A stretch of 63,794 bases of DNA, the filler included, from Rhabdomonas costata (Eukaryota): the NCBI GenBank assembly GCA_019059605.1. It is 51 parts of 51 records of this genome, joined end to end, with 100 filler letters (N's around TTAATTAATTAA, not from the genome) between each part and the next. Parts side by side here need not be neighbours in the genome. Positions count along the whole stretch, not along the records: positions 47,615 to 48,767 come from JAHMHO010026031.1; positions 48,868 to 50,020 come from JAHMHO010026032.1; positions 50,121 to 51,273 come from JAHMHO010026033.1; positions 51,374 to 52,526 come from JAHMHO010026034.1; positions 52,627 to 53,778 come from JAHMHO010026035.1; positions 53,879 to 55,030 come from JAHMHO010026036.1; positions 55,131 to 56,282 come from JAHMHO010026037.1; positions 56,383 to 57,534 come from JAHMHO010026038.1; 43 more parts are not named here. One strand, written 5' to 3'. Each line of letters opens with the position of its first letter. The stretch's first letter is position 1. The notes beneath the pieces were generated by a model, which searched no databases, was not told where the DNA came from, and was given only the letters and a program-made list of their open reading frames with translations. This document shows positions 47,765 to 59,970 of this stretch, piece after piece. The position numbers were made by a program, and so were the translations under genes.

Positions 47765-49879
47765 CTCCCCCGCCTCGGAGCCATGGCGTGGGCGATTAAG
47801 CCAAACCCTCTGGTCACCTCAGAATAAATAATAGGGCAAAGAGACTACGGCAAATAAGAAAAGATGACCGCGCACAAAATCGCGACTCAGGAGGAATGGG
47901 GTAGAAGAACCACCCATCACGAAATTCGGACTATCAGGGTGGGGGGAAGGCCTACGGCCGTAACTCACTCTGCACCATACAAGCTAAAGCGTGCAATAAC
48001 AATGAAACACGTGGCACATAGAACAATGCTTGGGGGACAACTTCAGACGAAACTGAGAGTCATGTCCTCTCTGTCCCATCCAGTTTGCCGGAAGTTTTTG
48101 CTTCGTGATTTAACGGTGGTTGCTGAGGTTTATTGCTGCGCAAACGCAGCAACTAACGTCTTACGAATCCGGATCTCTCATCCTGCCACTAACCCTTGCC
48201 ACCCTCTTGGCTTTCTGTGGTGATTGCTCTTTCGTCCCAGTCAAGCACGCGCGGCGGTGCACTGCTGAGGCCTCTCAAGCTCTGATTACCCGGACCTATT
48301 CTAAAGCAGAGGGAGAATGATAAAAAGCAAAAAACCACAAATCAAACCACAAATGAAAAAACATCACAAAAAGGCCCCGCCAGAAAACTTTGTGTTGTTC
48401 GATAAGCAAAGTGGCGGGCTTCAGACACGTCCGGAGAAAGGAAAAGGTTGCCGAAGGGGATCAAAGAACGTGAGCGGGAAGAAAGCATTGTAGCAATTGC
48501 AATGAAGAAGAAATGGACAGAAAAACGGGATGGGATCAACGGGTACCCAAAATCACATCACCTCCCCACAAAAAGGAAGAAAGAAAATGTGAAAATGGGC
48601 CGTAAATCACCAATCCGTTTGGATTACCCCCCCCCCAGTCCATCTCCTTCACTTTTGGGTGGATGGCGCCCGCTTCGTCACTCAAAAGTCCCCAACGAAA
48701 AAGCAAGAAAAAGGGAGCCACCAAAAGGACAAAAAAAGAATAACCAAACCAACAGAAACAACCCCACNNNNNNNNNNNNNNNNNNNNNNNNNNNNNNNNN
48801 NNNNNNNNNNNTTAATTAATTAANNNNNNNNNNNNNNNNNNNNNNNNNNNNNNNNNNNNNNNNNNNNGTTGGGGGGTTTGGGTGTGGTGGGCTCTCCACA
48901 GGCTGAGCGGCAGCCGCTGTGCCATCCGTTGCCTTCGGCCAAACCCCAACTCATTATTCCCCCCCTCTCTGTATACCTGTTTTCCTGGTTTATCTGTTTT
49001 GTATGCGTTGCCCGTTTTTTTTCCGCGTGCGCTGCTGTACCTTTGTTGTCTTATCGGTGGGTGGGTGGGTGTGATTTGTATGCCCAGATACTGGTGCCGT
49101 TCTCTTTCGCGCACACTTTTGATGTGGGAGATGGCTCCTCCCTGCCGTCAAAATCGCCGGTGAACTATGTTCGTGTATCGCCTCTAGACCGCTTGTCTCG
49201 GGCCATACCGGTATTCTGCCCATAATCTGCCGTTTGGCCGTGGGTAGTAGGAAGGTAGTAGGAAGCCCATGTCTACTCCAGTTCTACTCTCTTTTGCTCC
49301 AAAAAAAATAATGGCAGCACACCATCTTCCCTGCCGCCGCGCCGCGGAGGAATGTGGATCCATCCCGTCCGTCGCTGACCCCAGAGAAAGAATGCACCTG
49401 GAGTCCCCCTATGTACACGAAAGACTCCAGTCCTGCTTAGGCTTCGCCCTGTATCACCCCTAGGATGTGTTGTTTTAGCACGGAGTCACTCCTCTCCTTT
49501 GCGTGTCCGAGTGGATGTGCCTCCGCAGAATTTCAAGGCTACCTTTGAACCCGCTCGGGAAAAGCAAGAACCAGAAAAGTGTTGCCGCTGGATTATCGCA
49601 AGAGCTCCCTACGACCCTACTCCAGCGGATCCTGAAGCCTTTCGTCAGGCTGCATGTCTTTTGCCTCTTTTTCTGATGCAGACTGCGAAACCTTCTGCTT
49701 TTTATATTTCTGTTTCGGCTTTTGGTGCTGCCCGCTCTGGCAGTGATACTGCACGGGTAGAGCGTGCCTGTACGTTGTCTTCCGTCTTGTTTTTTTTTGG
49801 AGGGGAGGGGGTGAGTTAACGAAGCGTTCCTTCTGCGTGCCCTCTCTCCCGCCATACACCGTGAGAGCGCCCTGCGCTC

Positions 49880-49982
49880 ATGCCAAAGAAGGGCAAGGGG
49901 AAAGCAAAAGATGGTGCCGGTGGGGGTGGAGGCAAGTCCAAGCCGAAGCCGAAGCCGAAGCCAGCCAGCCAGCCTATCCCAG
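49880..49982 (+). CDS. Probable first exon, Lys/Gly/Pro-rich N-terminus (MPKKGKGKAKDGAGGGGGKSKPKPKPKPASQPIP)
   Basis: ATG after a pyrimidine-rich leader. CAG|GTGTCG donor. Confidence 0.55.
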
Positions 49983-52264
49983 GTGTCGTGCACCCGTGCA
50001 CACGCGCGCGCGCACACCCCNNNNNNNNNNNNNNNNNNNNNNNNNNNNNNNNNNNNNNNNNNNNTTAATTAATTAANNNNNNNNNNNNNNNNNNNNNNNN
50101 NNNNNNNNNNNNNNNNNNNNGGGGGGTGGTGTCCAGCACTAATAAGAACATTGTCATCATTCTGAAACTGATGATCAATATGTAACCGTTAATAATTCTC
50201 AACGTAGCGTTCATGATTATTCTGAAAGATCTTTATTCTGCCATCATGCCATCACGAACTACTGTTGGAGCTCTTTTAGATTTTTCTCTATGCCAATGAA
50301 GGGGAAAGTCTTGGTAAAACGTGTGTTGGAAGCTGTAGTTCAAAACGTATGAGAAGTAGTCACTCTCCACAAGTTGATGGACATCTCACAGCGCATACAA
50401 AAACGTCAGATCCTCTGACACTGAATGTGGCCATCAACTAGCTGGGTGTGGAAGGTCCACATAAGGGAGTTGGCTATATACGTCTCCAACAAAGCTCCAT
50501 TTAAGTCCGTAAATCTGTTTTATCAGATCGGCTGGACCAGGTACACCAATTCTTTGTGGTCGATTGTAGCTCTGCAGGCGTCCACGTGTGTAATTACTCG
50601 AACGTTGTTTTCATGGAGTGTATGAAAAAAGACGCAGTAACTGAGTCTGTCACAAAAAAGTGTGCCTTCAAAATCACGTCACTCACATGGACAGTAACAA
50701 AGACATAGTGCAAACAGATTAATGATTCCATTTTTCCCCACTACCATGTACTGTCTGTATCTGTGAATGTGTGGTTACATGACAACAAAATGAAGAAAAA
50801 AGGTGGATTGGTGATGTTGTAGGAGGAGTTCATTAAAGCATATCCCGCATGCAAATGAAATAGTGCATGGTCCAAGTGTGCTGACGCTTCTGACAAAAGC
50901 GGTTCAATAGCTTGGTCAACAAACTGTACAAGCACTGTAGCCGTTGGCTGCCAGCGTCAGGCGGGTTGTACATCGGATTTGATGTCTAATCCACTAAGTG
51001 CAACGTTTCTACTGTGCTGCGGAAGCTTGTGGGACAAATGCATGTCAGTCAGAGTAGTGGTATACATGGACAGTATGTTTATTTTTCTGATGGAGGAATA
51101 AAACAAAGCAAACGTTCCAGTCAACCACAACTCTGAATAGCTCGAGAATTGTATGTAACACAATATGCTTGTGTTAGCACTTATAAGCGAGGAATGGGTA
51201 TTTGAAGCAATGGTTGTTTATATGAACGATCACATAAACGTAGTGAGTGTGATTTACAAAGCGCCAACCCACANNNNNNNNNNNNNNNNNNNNNNNNNNN
51301 NNNNNNNNNNNNNNNNNTTAATTAATTAANNNNNNNNNNNNNNNNNNNNNNNNNNNNNNNNNNNNNNNNNNNNGGTTTGTGTGATGTGGGTGTTTTTTTC
51401 TCTGCCCTCCTAAATGCCGCGGGAACAAGCAATCCCACCACCACCATCCCCACGCGCGCACTGTGCGCATTATAGTTTTATGGGAAGAGCCTCTGGAGCT
51501 GCTCGCTTTCACATCCCAACAGTATGCTGCAGTGCCCGCGCCCGCTTCAAAATTGAAAATGACAATCATGTCACCCACGTGCTCGGGCAAAAATAAAAGA
51601 CGCCAAGGCCAAAATCTGAACTCTCAGCAATGGTCACGGTGGACAGACGGACGCGGATGTGGGCATCACTTGACGTTCAGTAGTGCGCTGGGGCACCCCT
51701 GCTCAGCAATGAAAGTCTTCGTGATGGCATTGTATTGTGTTGGGTTTTTTGCAGGTTTTGGGAGACTCCGTGGATGCGCTGCAGGGTCATGTCCAATCAA
51801 AACTCTGCAAGCTGGACGGGGAGGTGTGGGGGTGGCGCGCTGCCACTTTGGCAGGAATCAAGTTGTAAGCGACCATTTTTGAATAACGACAATTTGTTCC
51901 TCCATTTGTGTACTATGTATGCGGCTTTTGAGCGTTGCATTGCTTTGATATGATGGAGGTTCTGCACAACCTTTCTTTTCCAGGAACAGTGCACCGCGTA
52001 CGTTAAGTGTCGTACCCCTGCAAACTCTGAGTTGCCTCGACAGAAGTCACACAGCGAAAAGGACATCAGCCCGCGTGTAATTTCTGTTTTTGAAAGTGAA
52101 ATTGTTTCAGTCTTGCCTTCATTGGGATTTTTATCATGGTTAGTTACCTCCTTATACTTATTAATTGAAGTCTGGGAATGCCAAAAAAAAGCCGCAGATG
52201 CTTGTTGAGGACTCATCGCCACTCCCATTCCGGCGAGAGAGCCCAACACCCTTTCTTGCTTCAG

Positions 52265-52402
52265 GTGCTGCGGATAGCGGAAAAGAGGGCCGGACTGCAG
52301 GCCGCTCAGTGCGAGCTGCAGGCAGAGGTGCTGCGGCCCGTCACGGAGAGGCTCTGTTTGGTGGAGCAGGAGCTGTCCAAGACCACAGCGCTTCTTCTGC
52401 AA
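52265..52402 (+). CDS. Coiled-coil exon
   Basis: TTCAG|VLRIAEKRAGLQAAQCELQAEVLRPVTERLCLVEQELSKTTALLLQ. Confidence 0.5.
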
Positions 52403-54300
52403 GTCCTGCCGCAATATTACATCTAAATTGCTCTTGTCTTCCCAAGGTCAAGCAAGGGGAACAAAAAAAGACGGGCCTGTCAGGTGCCCACAACCGAAAA
52501 AAGATGACCACACTCAGTCATTCACANNNNNNNNNNNNNNNNNNNNNNNNNNNNNNNNNNNNNNNNNNNNTTAATTAATTAANNNNNNNNNNNNNNNNNN
52601 NNNNNNNNNNNNNNNNNNNNNNNNNNGACTTGTGTGTTTGGTGTTCCCGCATCTTATTGCTTCACACATTTCATTTCGGTTTTGAGATGGGGGTACTCGT
52701 GGGGGTTACAGGACGTCGCCGCGGCAAGGCGGGGACCTGGGGCCTGCGCGGTGGCGGGGATTCTGGGGCGACCGCAACCTTACCGAGCAGGAGAAGAGGG
52801 AGCTTGCAAACACCCTCCGCAGCTGTCACACCACCGCCAGCGCTGCCCCTTCTCCCGTGTCCATGGGATTCCCCGCCGCGGTATGCTGTGGGCGCTGTGC
52901 GCAGTTAGTCGTTGCAGCGGAGTTTCATTTGCAAGAGCGTTGACATCTCCCATCCTCCACACCCTCCTCCAAAGCATCCCACACTTTTTAGAAAACCCTT
53001 GTGAATGAGAACTCTGTCATACCTTGGCGTGTTGTCCGAATTGCGGCGATAGCCCTTCCTGACGGAAAAATGCAGACTTCCCCATAGCAATAATACTGTT
53101 CTGCCCAGGCCTCATTCTGGGGGCGTCCGGCCGTCTGGGGGCGTGGGTATATTACCCGGTTGGGGAGGCTTAAGCTCGCAGCCTAAGAACGAAACCAATA
53201 TCCCGCATCCCGCACATCATCACCTGTGCGCATTCTCAGCGTGGAGGGTCGCCCGTGGCCAGTGGAGCTCCGGTGCTTCCCCCGGTCCACCCTCCTCGCA
53301 GCGGAGGTGGCGCGCGGGCCCCCGCTCCGGCCTCTGCCCTGCCGCACATCAGGTCACCACAGAGAGTCAAGAGGGTCATCGGGTTTCATAGCAGAGAAAT
53401 ATTGAGCGAGCTGCTGCACGAATGTATTGATTTCCGATCAAGAAAATGTCCAAAATGCCATTTTATCTGTGAAAGAAATTTCGGTCAATCAAACCTGGAG
53501 CCCGTCTTTTGGAGTGCCTTCCGAGTGCAAGACAAACAGCACAGTAGCATGGTCAATTTGGCAGAGTTTTGAGGAGTGTTGATGTAAAATCCAGTTTGTC
53601 TGGAGTCACCACACCACGGGGCCTGTTTATTTTGTGTGATTCATGTTTCCTTTTTGCAATGTCTCAATTTGTTTGGGTTTCGTTGGCAGCCATTAAACCA
53701 TCTTTTATCAGGAGCCTTGATGACATCCCCTTGGAGGTGTGTAACATCCCACTGCGCTCGCACACCCTCTTCCTTGCCNNNNNNNNNNNNNNNNNNNNNN
53801 NNNNNNNNNNNNNNNNNNNNNNTTAATTAATTAANNNNNNNNNNNNNNNNNNNNNNNNNNNNNNNNNNNNNNNNNNNNCCCGGTCTGGAACTCCTTCTCT
53901 ACGAGATCTTCAAGGTCCAATTTTGGCCCTTTTAAATGCATTTTCGACATAGAAATTTTCAAGGGCCATTTTCAAGGGCTTCGAAGGGCCGATTTTAGCC
54001 CTTTTTCAGGCGTGCATACTGAGCCTTAGCTTTCGGCCGGGGCCTGCTTAGCATCCCTGTTAGGCCCGAATTTTTCTGTTTAGATCCACGCTAGAGGCCC
54101 TTCAACGGCCATTATTTGGGGCCCTTTGTTTTTGCCCTGGCTTTACATCGGGCTTGGGCTTTGATAAATGAAGGAATTGTAGGCTTGCACACCGTCTGCC
54201 CACCTGCACGCCGGTGTGTGACGATTTTCTGCTCGTTGTTTCGGTTGTGGGTTGTTCCCCCTTGGAGGCTAGCTCTTTGTCTCTGTGGTTCTCCTTGAAG

Positions 54301-54452
54301 GAATCGGTGCGGATGCAGTGGAAGGCCATCATGCCCCTCGCCCGGAAGCACGGCGGGGTGTACGGTGGGGAGGGCAATGGCCGCCGGGGCTACTACCTTA
54401 CTTTCGCCATCGCGTACATCCGTGACTTCTTTTTCGACATGGGAGTCACGGG
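54301..54452 (+). CDS. AGPS: Exon of alkyl-dihydroxyacetonephosphate synthase (ether-lipid synthesis)
   Basis: ESVRMQWKAIMPLARKHGGVYGGEGNGRRGYYLTFAIAYIRDF matches the AGPS motif A.K.GG...GE.NG.RGY.LT..IAYIRD. Confidence 0.9.
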
Positions 54453-54721
54453 GTACCGTGCCACACCCTAACCCCAAATCTTGTCATGTGACTGTGCACC
54501 GAGAGCTTACAGGGGGGTTGCTGGCGACCAGCCCCCAAATTCTCTTTGTTCACTCTTGTGCTTTTTTCAATGCATCCGTTGATGCATACGTTCTTCGGTG
54601 GAAGTCAAATGGAATAGCCGCTAACTCTGGCATTCCTCCGATTTACCATCCCATATTCAGGACGCTGTGCTGGGGTGCGGTGTCGTCTTGTCATTCCAGT
54701 GCTGCAGTGGCATGCAGACTA

Positions 54722-54835
54722 CACCGAAAATCTAGAGAGACTTACACATTCGCGAAGAGACGGCATATGCCACCAAAGCCCAGCGGAATAAATGCAGGTG
54801 AATTATCTTCGGTCTAAATTCTCAATTTCGGGGTG
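54722..54835. mobile_element. MITE-like element, copy 2, flanked by TA on both sides
   Basis: TA|CACCGAAAA...TTTCGGGGTG|TA. Related to 46521-46642. Lies just downstream of the AGPS exon donor. Confidence 0.6.
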
Positions 54836-57800
54836 TAACGGGGCTTATTTTTTTTCCGATCCGTGAAAGAAGCGTCCGCTGGGCTGGGCATGAATGCATC
54901 TTTTCGGGCCTGCTAGTGTATATCAAAGTCTAGGTACTCTTCTGTTCAGTCTGTAGCAGGGCATTTTTCTGCAACATTGGAATCTTGAGGGCTGCCTTTA
55001 GTGCTGAAGCGAACTGACTCGCTCTGAAGTNNNNNNNNNNNNNNNNNNNNNNNNNNNNNNNNNNNNNNNNNNNNTTAATTAATTAANNNNNNNNNNNNNN
55101 NNNNNNNNNNNNNNNNNNNNNNNNNNNNNNTTGTGGTTAGGCAAGTGGTCAAGCACCATTTGCGCCACGTTTTCACATCGAATGAGCTCGAGTATCACCA
55201 GTTATGCCCTCGTAAATGCCTCCGAAACGCCCCCCCAAGCCCGGCATCTGTGAAAACCAACTCTCACCTTACCTAAGAGGTTCCAGGTTCATGGTTTAGT
55301 GGTGCCTGAAAACACAGGACCCCAGGCGTAGAATGCAAGTCACTTCCTGAGCCTCGGCGTCGCCCTTTCACAGGCAAAAAACGAAAACGTTGTGGTCGCA
55401 AGCGTGTTTCTTTGCATCTCGTGCTTAGTTTGGGGGGTGATTGAAGCTTCACCAGAAAATATGTTAGCAGCAGAGCAAAATGTGTTGATTGCACGAAGCG
55501 TCACCCGGATTTGCGGTCCAAGCGCAAAGCCTCGAGCAAGTGCACACAGTTGACAGTTGATTTACATCTCTTCACTAAGACAGCCCAGTACATCCCCCAC
55601 ACGGCCCAGGATTTAGTATGTGAGCTCCCCTTTACTCCAGGACACCCACACACAATAACACAGCAAGAACGCACACCCACTCCTCCATCAACCATACCCC
55701 CCCCGCAGAAGGCTTCGATCAATCTCTTGGTACCTTTACATTTCCAATGTCCTGAACGCATCCACCATCTTCCTAGCGTGACCATTGCAGCGCATTTCCT
55801 CATATTCAAGTCCCAAATGTTATCACTACCAGTCTAAGTCGCTTCTGCGCACCCACCTTTCCTCCCTCCTTGCAAGATCCCAAACTAGCAAAATAGCAAA
55901 ATATTTGTGCTCCCTGTACGCCCCCACCTCTCATTGGTTCTTTACTGCGTACAGTCCTGTGCCCCCCACGTAATTCCAGACGCCGTGGGACCTCTCCATC
56001 CCTTTCTCCATCCATTCATCCCTCGATTCGTTCCTCATCAACTTGTCACCATCGCCCACCTTCTACTCTAGATCATGCTCCATACCTCTAATCCAAGATC
56101 CAAGATCTTTCTCCCATGTTCCGTGGCAATGTGTCACACCGCGTCACCGCACTGGTACCATCATCCGTGTAAGATACCGATCCACCCCATCCATCTGTCC
56201 ACTATGAACAATCAAACCCAAACACACAGCTTCTTCCCAAAGTTATAAAAGCCACAAGAACATCCTCCTACTCCCAAAACAANNNNNNNNNNNNNNNNNN
56301 NNNNNNNNNNNNNNNNNNNNNNNNNNTTAATTAATTAANNNNNNNNNNNNNNNNNNNNNNNNNNNNNNNNNNNNNNNNNNNNCCTGCCCGATTCTGTGAG
56401 TCGTGCTTTTGTGTGTGCTCCTTTTTGTTTTTGTAGAAACTCCTCGGTCCTACTTCCACACCAGCGATCGCGGTGATTTTCTTTCTCCCCCCTTCTCTGG
56501 TCACGGAGGTAGACCTTCGAGGCACTCGATATTGCGGGTCCACGTAGCTCCTTCCTGTGTGCTTTCTGCGCTACAGGCTGAGCTACTACGCTCGCCCCCT
56601 CTCTCCCTCTCTCCCCTTGCCTTGGCCGTAGTACACTGAAGCCTGCGTTCCCCAGTTGCAAAAATGACGTGCGGGGAGGAGTTTGTGTCCCTGGTGTACC
56701 CGTGAGTGTTGGGCACGGGTTGGCCCTCTGGAAGTTAAGGGGGGGGGGGACGGTTACCGTTGGTAACAGTTACCTGTGGTGATTAAGATGATGATGGCAC
56801 CCCCCCCCAATCACATAGGTTTGCTTATCGGGCACACCTGATGAACTTTAGTCACCGAAAACCGCCATTTTAAGTAAGTAACTGTGGTCGATAAATATGG
56901 CCGTGAAAAGAAGGCACCGCCTCCTAACCCCAGGAAGCCGCTGGGGCGGGGGGAACTCCCAGACCCTGCTCCTCCACCGCAGTGCTTCGCGACCTTACCA
57001 ACCCCTTGTCATACAAAAAAGAATACTTTTGCCCATTTCGTGCCGAATTAAATGAACCTGCGCTGAGTATTTACAGTTTGGAAGCGTAGGAGAACGCACC
57101 CCCCACAATCTGCAGTTAGTTTCTGGTGTAACCCCGCTCTGATAGATCATCTGATCTCCGGAGCTACTAATTGTTAACATTCTTGGCTTGAAGCTGTCAT
57201 CTTTTAGGCCACTGAAAAACCTTGGGTTTTCCAGCATCCCCACTAACGGTTCACCTAGGTGAGGGGTGAGAGGTATCTTCTAAAATTGTACAAATGTGTG
57301 TGTGTGCGTGCCATTTTCATCGGTGTTCCGACTTTTTCAATGGGCAAGTTCCGATTCCGATGATTAACTTTCTCAATGGGCAGGTCCTCACGCCATCTAT
57401 CGCATCTATCGTCGGAAAAAGTGTTAAGCCATCATTAATGCAAACTTCTGGAAGTAACCCCACTAAACCCAACCTTGTACCTACTCATCAAAACCACACC
57501 AAACACACCACACACACCCAACCCCAAAAACAAANNNNNNNNNNNNNNNNNNNNNNNNNNNNNNNNNNNNNNNNNNNNTTAATTAATTAANNNNNNNNNN
57601 NNNNNNNNNNNNNNNNNNNNNNNNNNNNNNNNNNTTGTTGTGGTTGTGTTGTGCTGAGGAAGCGAAAATGATTGCCAATTTTGAGGCTTCTCTGGTTTAG
57701 CTGCTCAGAAAGAACAACCGTATGTTGACACTCTCTCTTTGTTGGTTCCACAAATCCCACTACGGTGACACTTTTTCACTATTGTTCCGGTGTGTGGAAG

Positions 57801-58185
57801 TGCAGCTTACATGGATAGGACTGCGGTTTGTCTCAGTAAACTGTTGCTGATGCCAGTGGAATTTTAGACCACATTCACACTGTTCCTGTTGCTACTGCTG
57901 CTGAACTGTGGCAAAGACGCGGTGAATGCCACCTTGCGACGCAATCAAAAACACCAGGTACATTGCCTTATGGTGCGAGACGTTTAGGCTTTGTACTCCA
58001 ATGTACCGTTTGCCAGTGTAAATGCAAGCGGTGCTACAGTCAAGCCATTTGGAGGATGTGAGGGCATGACAGTAAATGGTTAAAGCCACAACATGACGCG
58101 TTGGATGCAAGAAGGATTCAAAAATGAATGATAAGTTGTTACGTGTGGACAGTTATTGAGCGCTAAAAGGGGACAAAAACAAACA

Positions 58186-58438
58186 TGGCATTACTTTAGA
58201 ATTGTACCCACGGCCAGGAACCCTAATCCTAACCCTAACCGTATCACTAACCATGAACCTAACCCTAACCATATCCCTAACCAGAACCCCCAAAGGTAAC
58301 TTCAAAAAATCCAGTAAACATGTGTCACTAAAAGTAGCCGTCTTGGATGTGCTCACATATGTAAATAAAAGGGTACAAGGAGCCGATGTTGAAAAAGAAC
58401 ATGAAGACAGAGGTGGGTACAATTCTAAAGTAACGCCA
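58186..58438. mobile_element. 253-bp MITE with 26-bp TIRs carrying degenerate (CCCTAA)n repeats
   Basis: TGGCATTACTTTAGAATTGTACCCAC (58186-211) and GTGGGTACAATTCTAAAGTAACGCCA (58413-438) pair with one mismatch. Internal AACCCT-like hexamers at ~58219-58282. Confidence 0.85.
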
Positions 58439-59295
58439 CCAATTTTTTATGGAACAGTTTCTTGTTTTGTTGCACGAGGTTTTGCGACTGACAAATTCCT
58501 AATTTTTTCTCTTGCTTTCACTTGCTGGAGCGTTTGAGTAGCAAATCGATGTAACCACCACTCTAAAAATGCTGAAATAACTCGGTAGATATTTTGTGAT
58601 CGGTTTTGAATTTATCGGTACAAATGCCGTGCTAGATATTGTTTTCTGTGACACTGTGGAAATTAGCAACACCAGAATGGAATCATTGCACATTAGTTCA
58701 CTTAATAGAGCATTGCGGCTAATTTTAGCTGCTACAAAATCCTGGTAATTTTGAGCACATAAGCCTAATGCTTTCAAAACCAACACCNNNNNNNNNNNNN
58801 NNNNNNNNNNNNNNNNNNNNNNNNNNNNNNNTTAATTAATTAANNNNNNNNNNNNNNNNNNNNNNNNNNNNNNNNNNNNNNNNNNNNGGGGGTTTGGCAA
58901 AAGGGATGGAAATATAGCAGGCCCTCAATCGTACTGAACAAACTGATCGCATCGAACCAAAGTAGAGAAGACAAGAGATTGGAGGGAAGCCGGAGGACGC
59001 CACAGGAGGGTGAGTCCATTTGTCTGGGTCAGTCACGTCAAGCTTCTCAGGCTGCAAGGGGAGGTTAAGAGCCGCTGCACTGGGTGGATTTTCAGCTTCG
59101 ACCCCCGAAAGAGGAGGCTAGTTTGCGTTCAATGTTTTATCATAATTTCGATTCTTGGCGTGCCGCATATTTTCGGCGTGAAAATGGCAATCGCGATGGA
59201 TTATGGTGATCCTCCTGACAGAAGTTTGCATTGACTATTATTCCCATATCTGCGTACAAATTAACTACCCTGGGTATTACACAAAAAATCCAAAG

Positions 59296-59970
59296 GGTGT
59301 TTGGGGACGGCCAGAACGACGTCTCCTTCACGCACGTGGATAACTACTGCCACGGTCTGATCCTGGGCTACCAGGCGCTGTACCCCGGTTCTCCAGCCCT
59401 GGGGAAGTTTTACATTGTGACGGACGGGGGCTCGCAGAAATTCTGGAGGGTTGTTCCTTTGATGCCCTGCGATGTGTTGTTAGGATATACCACCTGATTC
59501 AGTCGTTTTTCTTTTATGATTGTGGAAGAAATGCTCATTTGTAGCCTGTGGTGAGGAAAGCATTTGCCCAGAGTGGGAACGATCTGCCCATTTTTTGTTC
59601 CTCGCCCCCCCCCTTTCTCCACTACTTTCGCACGAACGTCTCAGTTGCCGCTATTTTTTTTATCATGGATTAAGGTTGGGTACTTCCTCTGACTCATTCG
59701 GTCCGGGAACAGGTCTAGGTGGCCCATACTCACCTTCCCCAAAAAGTATTGCCCGGACAAGCACCTATCCCCGAGCTTCAGTCTCGCTTGCGCTGTGCTC
59801 TGTGGGTGGGATTAGCCTTGCGGCCTGTATTCCCTGCAGGTGCTTGACCAGGCCGTGGTTGCAATGGGCTTTGTCTCGTTGTGGGAGAAGTTTAAGCTCC
59901 CTCTATGGCTTCTGGTGCCTCTGGCATGGTTCCTCGAGCTCATCGCCTTTCTCTTCCGTGGAGGAGAGCG
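59296..59970 (+). CDS. 3-beta-hydroxysteroid dehydrogenase / NSDHL-ERG26-like extended SDR, two exons
   Basis: Exons 59296-59449 (VFGDGQNDVSFTHVDNYCHGLIL...ALGKFYIVTDG...FWR) and 59840-59970 (VLDQAVVAMGF...KLPLWLLVPLAWFLE) with a phase-0 GT-AG intron. Confidence 0.85.

Noticed and set aside
50121-51273. AT-rich contig with a faint hAT-transposase-like stretch (IKSDV...RW)
   Set aside because: Multiple stops in all frames and too little motif conservation to support a call.
58219-58282. CCCTAA tract as a true chromosome end
   Set aside because: It is degenerate, internal to the contig and enclosed by TIRs.
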